From: Carcharhinus amblyrhynchos
Lineage: Eukaryota
Length of the DNA: 64,000 nucleotides
Direction of reading: 5' to 3'
Assembly: GCA_965287045.1 (NCBI GenBank)
Contig: OZ336884.1
Span: 18,600,001-18,664,000 of the forward strand
Part shown: positions 23,401 to 32,766 of the stretch, piece by piece
How positions within the stretch are numbered: position 1 is the first letter of the stretch
How the letters are laid out: each line of letters begins with the position of its first letter
Position numbers and translations under genes: made by a program
The notes under the pieces: generated by a model
Database searches by the model: none
Seen by the model: the letters and a program-made list of their open reading frames with translations, nothing else
Told to the model about the DNA's origin: nothing

Positions 23401-26400
23401 GCAATGTGAATGTAAGCCTACTTGTGATCAATAAATGAACTTTAATCTATAGTGGAATTTGTTCAATTTTCCAGGAATGTAAATGAATGGCCAAAGAAGA
23501 ATTGGTCAGGATCTAATAACTCCAGGCATTGCAATCTGCCTGTACATCTTCAAATTCTTCTTCAGATTTCTTGCTTGTAATATATTGAAGTCAGGAGATG
23601 GAGGCTGAATACTGAGTTCATTTATCCATTGTGAATTAAGCCCTGGTGAAATTTTGCAACTTTGTTCGCTTGCTGACTGCACAGATGATGCGGTTACTTA
23701 CACTGTAAAGCTGAAGGGCAAGGGTGCTTCTGAAGGTGCCATTATTATCCTTGATGGCTATACTGACTCCTGCCCTGTAAATACAATTACATAAATCAAT
23801 CAGTATGAAATCATAATGATAAATTGCATCCAAGTTATCTTATTATCACACTCAATCCATTACACTTATCAGATTGTTCTCTGTAATAATGTGGCAGGAG
23901 AAATCTACCCAATTGATTGAATGCTTCAGATTTGTAAAGATTACTCCATTGTCCAAATGGAGCATTGACTTTTCTGGCTCGTCTGAATCAAACAGGGTAT
24001 TTAGAGGATTGCGAGGCTAAAATGAGTGCAAGAAATGAGGAATGTGACACGGGACTGCTATTCTCAGCAGGAGTGCTGCTTGGAGTGTAGTTCGGCATTA
24101 GGGGAGGGAATTCAATCAGGGTTATCACTGCTGATCACAAACTAGTGAGTAAACATGACTTACTTGTGATGTGACTTGTCAGTGTAAAGTAAGAGCCGCC
24201 GGATGGAGTGGATGCTTTTCCTGCCCCCGTTCACAGGTAGGTTACGATGGAGATAGACATGAATGCAGTGCAATCCCCATCAACCCGCCCTAATCAGACC
24301 CCATTCTGTTTGGACCGTGCTGGGGTTGGGCACAGGGTGGGTGGATCTTTCTCATTTTTGTGCAGAGTGGCGCAGTGGGTGGGAAGAGTGGGGTGGAAGC
24401 CACCGACCCCAAGATCGGCTTCCTCTGCCACGTTTCTAGCCAGTTAGGCAAGAGGAAGTTAACGGGCAGGCCCCACGGCGTCATGCTGGTGGGGCGAGCT
24501 CAAGTTTACAAAAGATTGAGGAGCCATTTTGAAAGGGTGCCCCAATGCTGGGGGCCCAGTGCCACAGTGGTTGGCACTGCTGCCTCACAGCACTAGGATC
24601 CTGGGTTCAATTCTGGCCTTGGGTGACTGTCTATGTGGAGATTGCACATTCTCTCCAGTGGGTTTCCTCCCAGTGGTCCGAGTTCCTCCCACAGTCCAAA
24701 GACATGCTGGTTAGATGCATTAACCATGCTAATTGCTCAGGGAAATGAAGAGTGTAAATATATGGAATTACGGGGCCTGGGTGGGGTTGTCGTCGGTGCA
24801 GGCTTGATGGGCTGAATGGCCTCCTTCTGCACAGTAGGGATTGTATGATTTTAAATGAAAAATGAAGGTAGAAACTCCTGCCATGCAACACCCCTCCCCC
24901 ACCACCCCACCCCCCCACCCCATCCCTGCTACCCATCCCTGGCCACAGAACTCCTCTCCCTGGCAGTGTCCCAATGGAATCCAGACTGTACTCAAGCCAA
25001 TGTGAATTGACAATCCCGGGATGGGGGGGAGGGAATGATTATTGGGTACAGATAATGATAATGATATGATATTGATACGACATTTGAATCTATGCGAGTG
25101 TTACATCATTGGTGGTGTTGGGGACAATCTCAACAGGAAATCCCACTGGTGTAAGAGGCAACTTGGGACTCACACGGGATTTTACACGCCCCTTCCCAAA
25201 AAAAAAGAGTGGAAAATTCCTACTCCCACCTTTTATTTGGATATATCAGAAAACATCGCGAGCAGTTATATTAAAAATTATCAGCAAAGGATGCAACAAG
25301 AATAGAATTAAATCATACATTTTCTAAAGGAACATGTTAACTCTTAAATAGTTAGACATCTAACTCAGATTTTTAAAAATTCTATTCTAAAGTGGATTCA
25401 CTTAACCAAACAAGAAGCAAATTCTTCACTTACACTTCCACCCTAGTATCATTGATAAAATACTCCAAAGGGTAGGAGCAGGAATACAAATACAACAGTT
25501 CCTGGTTATATGTTATGACATTTGCTATTGGATCATATGTTTGTATTGTACCACTGACTTCGACAGACTGGATGTTTGAGAAGTCTTTAAAAGCACCCGT
25601 TCCTTCAGCACTGGTGATCTGTATGTAGATGAAAATATAAATAAATACCAGGGTAAATTAATGGATATTCAAAAGATATTCAAGAAGGAAACATATTGGT
25701 AGGCGGTGGTATTCCGAACATGGCTGTCAAGTGGCTCAGTGGTTAGCGCTGTTGCCTCACAGTGCCTGGGAACCACATTCAATTCCCAGCTTGGGTCACT
25801 GTCTGTGCGGAGTCTGCTCATTCTCCCTGTCTCTGTATGGGTTTCCTCCAGGTGCTCCAGTTTCCTCCCACAGTCTGGTTAGATGCACGGGCCATGCTAA
25901 ATTCTCCCTCAGTGTACCTGAACAGGCACCAGAGTGTGGTGACTCGAGGATTTTCACAGTAACTTCATTGCAGTGTTAATGTAAGCCTTGTGCTTCATAA
26001 ATAAATAAAAATAAGACCAGCTTCCATATTCTCCACAAACCTCACTGCTTCATTTAGTTTGGAGCCTCCCAGATTATTACACACACGAGGGTAGTAACTG
26101 ATCTGGGAGACAGTGTTCAAAAGAAATACTTAGGTGCGAAGAAAGTTAATCAAATTAGAACAACCCTATCCTCTCATTGCTACATATCAGGACTTTTTTA
26201 AATTTCTCCATTGCTGTGCACACTTGTCCATTCTATCGGGAGAACAACTTCTTATCAGTCCTAAAGTTACCTTTTCCTTGTTCCAAATTGAATTTTTAAC
26301 TCATTGAAAGATTGTGGGTGTCATTGGCTAGACCAGCATTTATTTCTCACCCTTAGTTTCCCTTGAGAAGGTGGTGGTGACAACCTCTTTAAATCGCTGC

Positions 26401-29400
26401 AATCCTTAAGGTGTAGGTACACCCATAGTGAGAGGCAGTTCCAGGATTTTGACCCGGTGACAGAGAAGGAATGGTGATATATTTCTAAATCCTGAATGTG
26501 AGTGGCCTGGAGGTGATCTTCCAGGTGGTAGCATCCCATATATCTGCTGCCATTATCCTAGATGATAGCAGTCATGAGTCTGGAAGGAGCTGCGTAAGGA
26601 GCTTTGGTGAGTTTCTGCAGTACAGAGTTGAGGAGGAACTTCTCTCAGAGGGTGGTGAATCTCTGGAATTCTCTGCCCATTGAAGTGGTGGAGGTTACCT
26701 CGTTGAATATGCTTAAGTCACGGGTAGATAGATTTCTGATCGATAAGGGAATTAAGGGTTATGGGGAGCAGGCAGGTAAGTGGAACTGATCCACTTCAGA
26801 TCAGCCATGATCTTATTGAATGTTGGGGCAGGCTCGAAGGGCTAGATGGCCTTCTCCTGCTCCTATCTCTTATGTTCTTATGTATATCTTGTAGATAGTA
26901 GACATGGCTGTCACAGTTGGCCAGTGGTAGAGGGAGTGAATGTTTGCAGAAAGGATAGCAATCAAGTGGGCTGTTTTGTCCTGGATAGTATTAAGCTTCT
27001 TCAGTGCTGTTGGAGCTGCACTTATCCAGGTAAGTGGAGAATGTACCATTTCACTCCTAACTTGTACCTTGTAGATGATGGACAGGCTTTGTGGGGTCAG
27101 GGATGAGTTACTTACTGCAGGATCTGCAGCGAGCCTCTGACCTGCTCAGGTAGTATTTATATGGCTAGTCCGATTCACTTTCTGGTCAATGTTAACTCCC
27201 AGATGTTGATAGGGGATTCACCGATGCTAATGCCATTTAACGTCAAGGGGCGATGGTTAGATTCTCTCTTGTTTGAGGTGACCATTGCCTAGCACTTGTG
27301 TGACATGAATATTAATTGTGCTTCTTCCTTGCCAGATGTGTTCTCTGTCTGTACAGATTAATTTAAGTTAATATTTCACACTTTCCTTACTATTAATTAC
27401 ATACCTAAAAAAACTCCGAGATATTTCCTTAACTACCTGAAAGCCCAAGTTTCTCCAATCTTTCATCATCACAAATTTTTCTGACAATGGGAGCAAAATA
27501 AGAGTCAATTTAGCATGGCCAATCCATCTAACCAGAACGTCTTTGGACTGTGGGAGGAAACTGGAGCACTTGGAGGAAACACATGCAGACACAGAGAGAA
27601 CATGCAAACCCCGCATAGACAGTGACCTAAGCCAGAAACGAACCTAAGTCTCTGGCGCTGTGAGGCAGCATTGCCAACTGCTATGCCACTTTACCACCCA
27701 TAACAACAATGTCAACAGTGTTGTTCTCTTTGTTTTTATTGTTTGCCAGCAAAAAAGGCAAGACAATCCCAAATGCTATCAAAGGCTAGGGCTTCCATAA
27801 TGTAAGTGAAATGACCCTGTTAATAGTCCATTAACCTTCCTGTCCAAATGAGGAATTGTTTAGGCGTCACTCGATGGTAATATTGTTGAAACAAGGACCT
27901 CAGAGTTTGGGAAATAGCAATTGCCAACTTGTGTCCCATCACTCCATGATATGGAATATTACAGCATTCCAGCAAATGACCCTTGAACAATTCATCGATT
28001 GAGATTTTGGCCCTCAACAGAAAGATTACGCTCTTGATGACATCGCCCTTCAAGAGGGATGGATGAGTCGGACAACTGTACAAACGAGCCGTGTCTCACT
28101 TTTACTGCGGCATCACTTTTTTACACTTTTTTAGCCAACATTAATTTACTATGGAAATTCACGTGAAAAAAAGTACCAAGTTGCAATCTACTTTTGTATC
28201 CAATTCTGCCTCTAACTCTTGTTGGTATTGAATAAGTATATATGTATATACATAACTGGAAATACCTGGAGATTAGTGGGAAGACCATGGCTGGAATTCT
28301 CTGAACTTATATACACCCCCCCCCCCCCCCCCCCCCCCAAAACCACCCCCCAACCCATGAATTTAGTGCTCTGCCAAAACTCCATCCGCTGCAGCAGGAC
28401 CGGAGAATCCCAGCCACTGGTGAGGTGGGGGAATTCCGGTCCCTGTCACTCCATTCGCTTTGCTATTTGTATGTTTGTTATCATGCGCTATATCTTCTGT
28501 TTAAATTCTGTACATAACATGTATCAAATAGCAACATGCGCTATCATCGACATTTCTTCGGGTATCTAAGACTGACATACCTCAAGTTTGTTTCCACAGA
28601 AAGTAGAGTTTATGTCACTGATGGGAAAGGAAAATCTGAGAAGGGGAGGAGAAACTGATGCATCAACTGTTCCCTTGCATCTGCTGTCATCAAATTTATT
28701 GTTTAAAGCCATTTGGCTTTCGTTGTAGCCAGCGAAGTAAATTGGACACAAGAAGATTGATAATTGCACATCTTGAGTCCCACAGGTCACTTTGATATCA
28801 TTGTTATCTGCCAAAAGAAATTGTATAGATTATACTATCAGGAAGGAAAACGTTACAGTAATTGATAGTAGCTAAAATCACTGTTTTGGGTTAAACCCAT
28901 TTGTTAGAATGGATTTTAACATGGAACAGGTTTCTGACAGTCAGATATTATCAGTTTGTGGCCAGGGCTTTTATTAATTCTTGCCGTGATTTGCACATAT
29001 TTTCATATTCAATTCTCCCTGTGATTCTTGTACTAACTCAGTAAAAACATGTATTGGAAATTAACTGAAGATATGTATAGAGCACTCAGAAGACCAGGGC
29101 TGGGATTCTCTGATCTTGTCCACCCTTCACCAAGAATGGAGAATTCTGTGCTCAGCCAAAACTCCATCCACTGCAGCGGGATCAGAGAATCCCACTCATT
29201 GCCTAGGTCAAAGAATTCCAGTCCATGTCATTCCATACTTAGCTGTCTACCTGAAATGAGCCGCGGCTGAGGTTGAGAAGTAGCTAACTCCGAATAGCTT
29301 ACATTAATGGAACCTGGATGCTGCCCTGCAGCATCAAGGGAAGTAGTGCGGAATTGGAGACATTTGTTGATTGGAAAAGCAGGCTCAGGAAGGAGACAAC

Positions 29401-32400
29401 CAATCTTTCCTCATGAGTCTAGGTGGTGCCTTCCTGGCCGTATTGAAAGGGAGATTCAGCTGCCTGAAAAAGGTAAGATGGCACCAGGCAGGAATCAAGC
29501 AGAGAAGTGAGCGACTCTTTGCGTGACAATTTTAACCTTGCGACACATCATTGCACCATTTCGTGGGCAGGATGGATTAAAAATTTCCCCTTTTCTGTTC
29601 TTTTAGGAGAAGTGTGAACACATTCAGATTAAACAAATTAGCATCTGTGTTAGATTGGTAGGATGGCGGCTGGACTTGCAAAAATGCTCGTTCACGTATA
29701 TAACTCAGTTAGCAGCTAATGGGGTTCTCAATCCAAGGTTCATGGGTTCAAGTCCCACATTTGGGAATGAGTTTCTAGTAGCCTGCTCATGAACCTGGCC
29801 AAAGTGGTCATGAGCAGGTCCAGAGGTGGTTGAGGGGATGGGGTGCTTGACTCAATTATCTTTTTCTCTTCCACTACCCTCCTCTCTTTAGAGAAGGAAT
29901 ATTCAGTGTTGTGGCCTTGGTGGGTGTTACTAGGGATGGGATGCATTATCAATTTCCAAGATAGTATTTACATTTTCTTTCAAGTTTCTTTATCACATTT
30001 ATAAAGTCCTCAATTAGTTTATCTGTTCATTTGCTTTTTGTTTACTCAAAAGCATATATTGTTAAAAACTAACTTCTAGGCTAGTATTTCTTGTGGTAGC
30101 ATAAATTTGTATTCCAGTAAAACCTGACGTAAAATGTTAGTGTTCCTTCTCTTGACCTGCTTGCTTTAATTTCTGATTGAGCTTTCATTGTGTTGCCATC
30201 ACAGACCATTCATATTCCACCAACATTTATATGGTGAGTGCTAGCTAAACCAGGCCTAATCTGCTGAAATAGCAGTCCATATAATGGAAACTGTTATATC
30301 AAAATAACCTAAAGGTTTCAAGTGATGGGGTTGTGACTATTTCCTTGGCAACTTTTCCATTGTGGTATTGTCCTTGGGAAGAATTGATACACAATTTTGA
30401 AAACAAGTCTGCATGAATTTTCTGCCTCAATCTCCAGCGAGATTTTCCAGTCTCACTGATGCCCTAGCTAACCCCACCCCCCACCCCCCACACACACCAG
30501 GTTCTCCAGCAGCATGACTGGTGAACAATACAAAACGGCATTGACATCAGTGGGACTGGGAGATCCCATTGTCTCCCTACCATTTGCCCCCCCCCCTCCA
30601 CTCCCTGACCCTCCGTTGTTTTCAACACTCCACGAGGGGGAGGGGGGGCATCCTGCCTTGATCATTGCGGTTTGTGTGAGTGACTAAGGTCACTTACTGA
30701 AGTCAATGGCAGAAGGCACCAAGTGCTTGTTTCCTCGGTGGAAAAGTTGTCCAATCCCTAAAAAAACAGGGCTGAATTTCCCAGCTGTTTGTGCCAGCGG
30801 GATTTTCTGGTTCAACAGCAGTGAACGGAGATTTGACTGAGCGCCAAATACCCCGTACTCATTGAAAATCCAGACCAAAGTGTTTTTCTGTGTTTTTCTC
30901 CAAAGTTGCAATGGGCACTGTGGAAGATAACCTTGTTATCTTATACATTACATCAAAATCTCAATTTTTTTCTGCAACGCCGGCAAGGTAGCACAGTGGG
31001 GTGGCAAGGTGGCACAGTGGGATGGCAAAGTAGCACAGTGGGGCGGCACGGTAGCACAGTGGTTAGCACTGCTGCTTCACAGTGCCAGGGACCTGGGTTC
31101 AATTCGCAGCTTGGGTTACTGTCTGTGTGAAGTTTGCACCTTCTCCCCTTGTCTTCTTGGGTTTCCTCCTACATTCTGAAAGATGTGCTGGTTAGGTGCA
31201 TTGACCCAAAAATGCGCCGGACACTGGCAACTAGCGGAATTTCACAGTAACTTCTTTTCAGTGTTAATGTAAGCCTTATTGTGACTAATAAGTAAACTTT
31301 AATGTTGTATTTTCAAACATTACTGCAATCTGAATCATTCTAACTTCTGAATAGAAAATGAATATATATCAGTTACACAGAATGATTAAGATGTACTGAT
31401 GTGTAAGTGAGGACTGAGAGTGGTTTATGATTTGTGCTAACCTGGACACCTGACGTTGTTCTAAACCTGTTTGAGTGCTCGGGCTAACAATTCAATTACT
31501 TCTGATTGCATTTATCTGTATTAATTTAGCTATATTTTGCATAACAAACAAAATTAATTAAATTAAAATTAAATTAATTTCTTAATTCAGGTAATATTAG
31601 CTATATGAATAAATAACATTTGTAAATGCTGTGTTTATGATCTTTTTGTCCTTTCTGTTCTGCTCTCCTGAAGATGTATATGAAATATTATGTGCAGTTT
31701 TGGTTTCCATTTCTGAGGAAGGATGTTCTTGCTCTCGAGGGAGTGCAGTGAAGGTTTACCAAGCTGATTCCAGGAATGGCGGGACTGATGTGTGAGGAGA
31801 GATTGACTGGGTTAGGATTGTTTTCGCGGGAATTCAGATGAATGAGGGAGGGGAATCTCATAGAGGCATATAAAATTCTAACAGGACTAGGCAGGGTAGA
31901 TGCAGGAAGGGTGTTCCTGATGGTGGGGGTGTCCAGAATAGGGATCACAGTCTGAAGATATAGGTTAGACCATTTAGGATGGAGATGAGGAGACATTTCT
32001 TCACCCAAAGAGTAGCGAGCCTGTGGAATTCATTACCAAGGAAGTAGTTGATGCCAAAACCTTGAATGCATTCAAGAAGTGGCTAGATACAGCATTGGGG
32101 CGAACAGGATCAAAGGATATGGGGAGAAAGCAGGATTAGGCTATTGAGTTGGATGATCAGCCATGATCGTAATGAATGGTGGAGCAAGCTCGAAGGGCCA
32201 AATAGCCTCCCCTGCTTTTATCTTCTATGTTGATTCTTTTTGGTGCACATTTCTAAGATTTCAACAAATTTCTGTTATTGCCAACAAATGCCCATTGTTC
32301 ATACTGAACTTTGGCAAAGGATGTCACCATCCCTGCTACTGCCTCATAGTGAAGCCCTGTTCTGACCACACCTGAAAGCTCCCCAGCATGGATCATCAGT

Positions 32401-32766
32401 TGTAGAGCTTAGGCTTGCTGAGGCTAATTTTAACACTCAAATGCATTCAGAATGCATTAGATACACGGAATTATGCAATTGGACACCATTAAGGGCAAGA
32501 ATCTAATCCCCAAGAAAGGAGTTGTCATGGAACATGGCTAGAATGAGTTGGTATCTCTAGTCAGTGAAAAATGCTTGTATTGTCACCATTGGCGAAACTA
32601 CTTCACATGGCATTTTATAGGTGTACGTTTAGAATTCTGTCAGAGATATGAGGTTACCTGGAAGCCGATAGGTTTCACCACAATCTTGACCCTTTATAAC
32701 AATAGACTGAGAATTAATTCCTTTGATAATTGTAATAGCAATCAGTGAATAGATGGGGGATAGCAT
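5307..32766 (-). CDS. ZPLD1-like: ZPLD1/cupulin-like zona pellucida domain protein, whole spliced CDS span (10 coding exons, 407 aa)
   Basis: Exons of 109+227+185+73+98+84+169+115+24+140 = 1224 nt join in frame through GT-AG introns with no internal stop. The protein aligns by eye along its length with ZPLD1 (YSCSYPLEY, DNNGTFRSTLALQLY, YDLFIGC, RFYFEAFRF, STFYLHCITRLC). It has a signal peptide, 12 ectodomain Cys, an RRKR furin site and a TM helix. Divergence suggests a paralogue rather than the ZPLD1 orthologue. Confidence 0.93.
6515..6843 (+). mobile_element. V-SINE type A
   Basis: Head tggcacagtggttagcactgctgcc; CR1-type tail. Confidence 0.85.
7197..7496 (+). mobile_element. V-SINE type B
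   Basis: Head, core and type B tail. Confidence 0.85.
7700..7723 (-). CDS. ZPLD1-like: ZPLD1-like coding exon 9, 24-nt microexon (V)VNTNGDS
   Basis: ttttgtacttttatccacag|TGGTGAACACAAATGGTGATTCAG|gtaagg. Phase 1-1 and open in frame between exons 8 and 10; the frame is also kept if it is skipped. Confidence 0.75.
8030..8286 (+). mobile_element. Rex1/Babar-type LINE 3' end
   Basis: Encodes RYKSLRSHTHRLKDSFFPAAIRLLN; ends catgtgacagtaataaatcaaatcaaa. Confidence 0.75.
8752..9012 (-). mobile_element. V-SINE type B (internally deleted)
   Basis: Reverse-complement type B tail and head. Confidence 0.85.
9398..9447. repeat. perfect 25-bp tandem duplication
   Basis: aaagagaagtttctcactgcagggc x2. Confidence 0.9.
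9480..9880 (+). mobile_element. degenerate CR1 RT fragment followed by an isolated type B SINE tail (9797-9878)
   Basis: gggaaaatcatgtttaactaacttgctggagttt encodes KSCLTNLLEF. Confidence 0.7.
10256..10370 (-). CDS. ZPLD1-like: ZPLD1-like coding exon 8 NCNRRKREAP...IISEPILTKNDN
   Basis: catcttcag acceptor, gtatgt donor, 115 nt; furin site RRKR and external hydrophobic patch. Confidence 0.92.
11142..11485 (-). mobile_element. V-SINE type A
   Basis: Full-length reverse copy. Confidence 0.88.
11486..11835 (-). mobile_element. CR1 ORF1 (SGNH esterase-like) fragment
   Basis: Minus strand gtccacataggtaccaactatatagga encodes VHIGTNYIG (consensus VHIGTNDIG). Confidence 0.65.
11867..12044. mobile_element. 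palindromic MITE(s), Harbinger-like termini
   Basis: ggctggaactttac ... gtaaaatcccagcc inverted ends. Confidence 0.55.
12117..12445 (+). mobile_element. V-SINE type A
   Basis: Full-length copy. Confidence 0.88.
12622..12790 (-). CDS. ZPLD1-like: ZPLD1-like coding exon 7 CNKEEQTNIVSNG...LHCITRLCAKAACSEFY
   Basis: ccttgtag acceptor, gtaagt donor, 169 nt; ZP-C Cys cluster. Confidence 0.95.
12930..13380 (-). mobile_element. V-SINE type B interrupted by a 160-bp CR1 ORF1 piece (13084-13245)
   Basis: SINE breaks at gggaggaa| and resumes at |aacccagagcacccg. Confidence 0.8.
13908..15754. mobile_element. GC-rich non-autonomous DNA transposon (Harbinger-like), split by a solo LTR
   Basis: Colinear with 35504-36799 once 13964-14754 is removed; ends g.aattct.cc ... 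gggagaatc. Confidence 0.65.
13964..14754. mobile_element. solo LTR (791 bp)
   Basis: Termini TGTTA...TAACA; 4-bp TSD AGTA at 13960-13963 and 14755-14758; cleanly interrupts the host element. Confidence 0.8.
16050..16520 (+). mobile_element. RTE-clade LINE RT C-terminal fragment
   Basis: IHRCLQCGSSAFGQQTKRVF..TKVMVNQAAVIPTLLYSMETWT resembles the RTE LLYGSETW region; frameshifted. Confidence 0.7.
17147..17630 (+). mobile_element. Harbinger-like transposon relic with Myb/SANT-like ORF fragment
   Basis: 17444-17628 reads NDTSLHILLDHIEVRKDVLY..WAQGVKAVS..RRLAIQCHKWMN. Confidence 0.6.
17750..18130 (-). mobile_element. degenerate CR1 ORF2 fragment (endonuclease end)
   Basis: Minus strand has AILDLVLCNE..LGNSDHNMI-like sequence. 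Confidence 0.7.
18830..18913 (-). CDS. ZPLD1-like: ZPLD1-like coding exon 6 FNVLLDRCYASTSPFNLNSSQTYDLFI
   Basis: cacacag acceptor, gtgagt donor, 84 nt. Confidence 0.95.
19057..19358 (-). mobile_element. SINE type C
   Basis: tRNA-like head near 19358; core gcagatttccttccctaaagg. Confidence 0.75.
19814..19911 (-). CDS. ZPLD1-like: ZPLD1-like coding exon 5 DAEYTNALIIPESGLILKTKIYVEVKAINLTS
   Basis: ctttttcag acceptor, gtaaga donor, 98 nt. Confidence 0.95.
20275..20630 (-). mobile_element. CR1 3' end
   Basis: Minus strand RNFFSQRVVNLWNSLP plus CR1 3'UTR. Confidence 0.8.
20871..22093. repeat. inverted repeat pair, arms 20871-21042 and 21916-22093
   Basis: cagatttactggtaatgtctaagctg vs cagcttagacattaccagtaaatctg; alignable over about 175 bp. 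Confidence 0.9.
21476..21817 (-). mobile_element. SINE type C
   Basis: Same core and tail as the other type C copies. Confidence 0.75.
22405..23140 (-). mobile_element. two degenerate CR1 3' fragments
   Basis: LEYVVHFWA/LETVQK-like RT C-terminus and CR1 tails. Confidence 0.65.
23163..23444 (+). mobile_element. V-SINE type B
   Basis: Head, core and type B tail. Confidence 0.85.
23702..23774 (-). CDS. ZPLD1-like: ZPLD1-like coding exon 4 AGVSIAIKDNNGTFRSTLALQLYS
   Basis: tatttacag acceptor, gtaagt donor, 73 nt; interdomain linker and internal hydrophobic patch. Confidence 0.95.
24550..24851 (+). mobile_element. V-SINE type A, inside a GC-rich DNA-transposon relic (about 24200-25250)
   Basis: Head, core and CR1-type tail. 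Confidence 0.8.
25434..25618 (-). CDS. ZPLD1-like: ZPLD1-like coding exon 3 ITSAEGTG...YSCSYPLEYFINDTRVE
   Basis: catacag acceptor, gtaagt donor, 185 nt; conserved SCSYPLEY motif. Confidence 0.95.
25722..26010 (+). mobile_element. V-SINE type B
   Basis: Head, core and type B tail. Confidence 0.85.
26293..27310 (-). mobile_element. LINE 3' region (L2-group, family uncertain) sharing its tail with SINE type C
   Basis: Minus strand SFSVTGSKSWN; tail aataaatgctgg.ctagcca.; split by a CR1 insertion. Confidence 0.55.
26618..26884 (+). mobile_element. CR1 3' end nested in the above LINE
   Basis: TELRRNFSQRVVNLWNSLP..GIKGYGEQAGKWN; close to the 50-53 kb CR1. Confidence 0.85.
27505..27700 (-). mobile_element. 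V-SINE, head and core only
   Basis: Reverse V-domain ctttggactgtgggaggaaac. Confidence 0.8.
28288..28442. mobile_element. short palindromic MITE (sister copy 29097-29224)
   Basis: ggctggaattctc ... gaattccggtcc inverted termini. Confidence 0.6.
28581..28807 (-). CDS. ZPLD1-like: ZPLD1-like coding exon 2 (ZP-N) DNNDIKVTCGTQ...STFCGNKLE
   Basis: ttttggcag acceptor, GAG|gtatgt donor, 227 nt; lies within ORF 28566..28814. Confidence 0.95.
29694..29766 (+). pseudogene. degenerate tRNA-Lys(CTT)-like relic
   Basis: taactcagttagcagctaatggggttctcaatccaaggttcatgggttcaagtcccacat aligns without gaps to the vertebrate tRNA-Lys(CTT) sequence as recalled; stems broken, anticodon position now CTC. Confidence 0.55.
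30981..31301 (+). mobile_element. V-SINE type B with 4x tandem 21-bp head unit
   Basis: (c/t)ggca.(g/a)gt.gcacagtgg units start at 30981, 31002, 31023 and 31044. Confidence 0.85.
31688..32231 (+). mobile_element. CR1 3' end
   Basis: VQFWFPFLRKDVLALEGVQ.. and CR1 3'UTR; contains stops and frameshifts. Confidence 0.85.
32658..32766 (-). CDS. ZPLD1-like: ZPLD1-like coding exon 1 (signal peptide) MLSPIYSLIAITIIKGINSQSIVIKGQDCGETYRLP
   Basis: ATG at 32766 (GAAGATGC); donor CCAG|gtaacc, phase 1. An acceptor (catttacag) upstream at 32791-32792 implies a further 5'-UTR exon, which I did not locate. Confidence 0.88.

Noticed and set aside
31441-31512. Alternative first coding exon ending RCP|G
   Set aside because: It has an in-frame TAG; 32658-32766 gives a proper signal-peptide exon.
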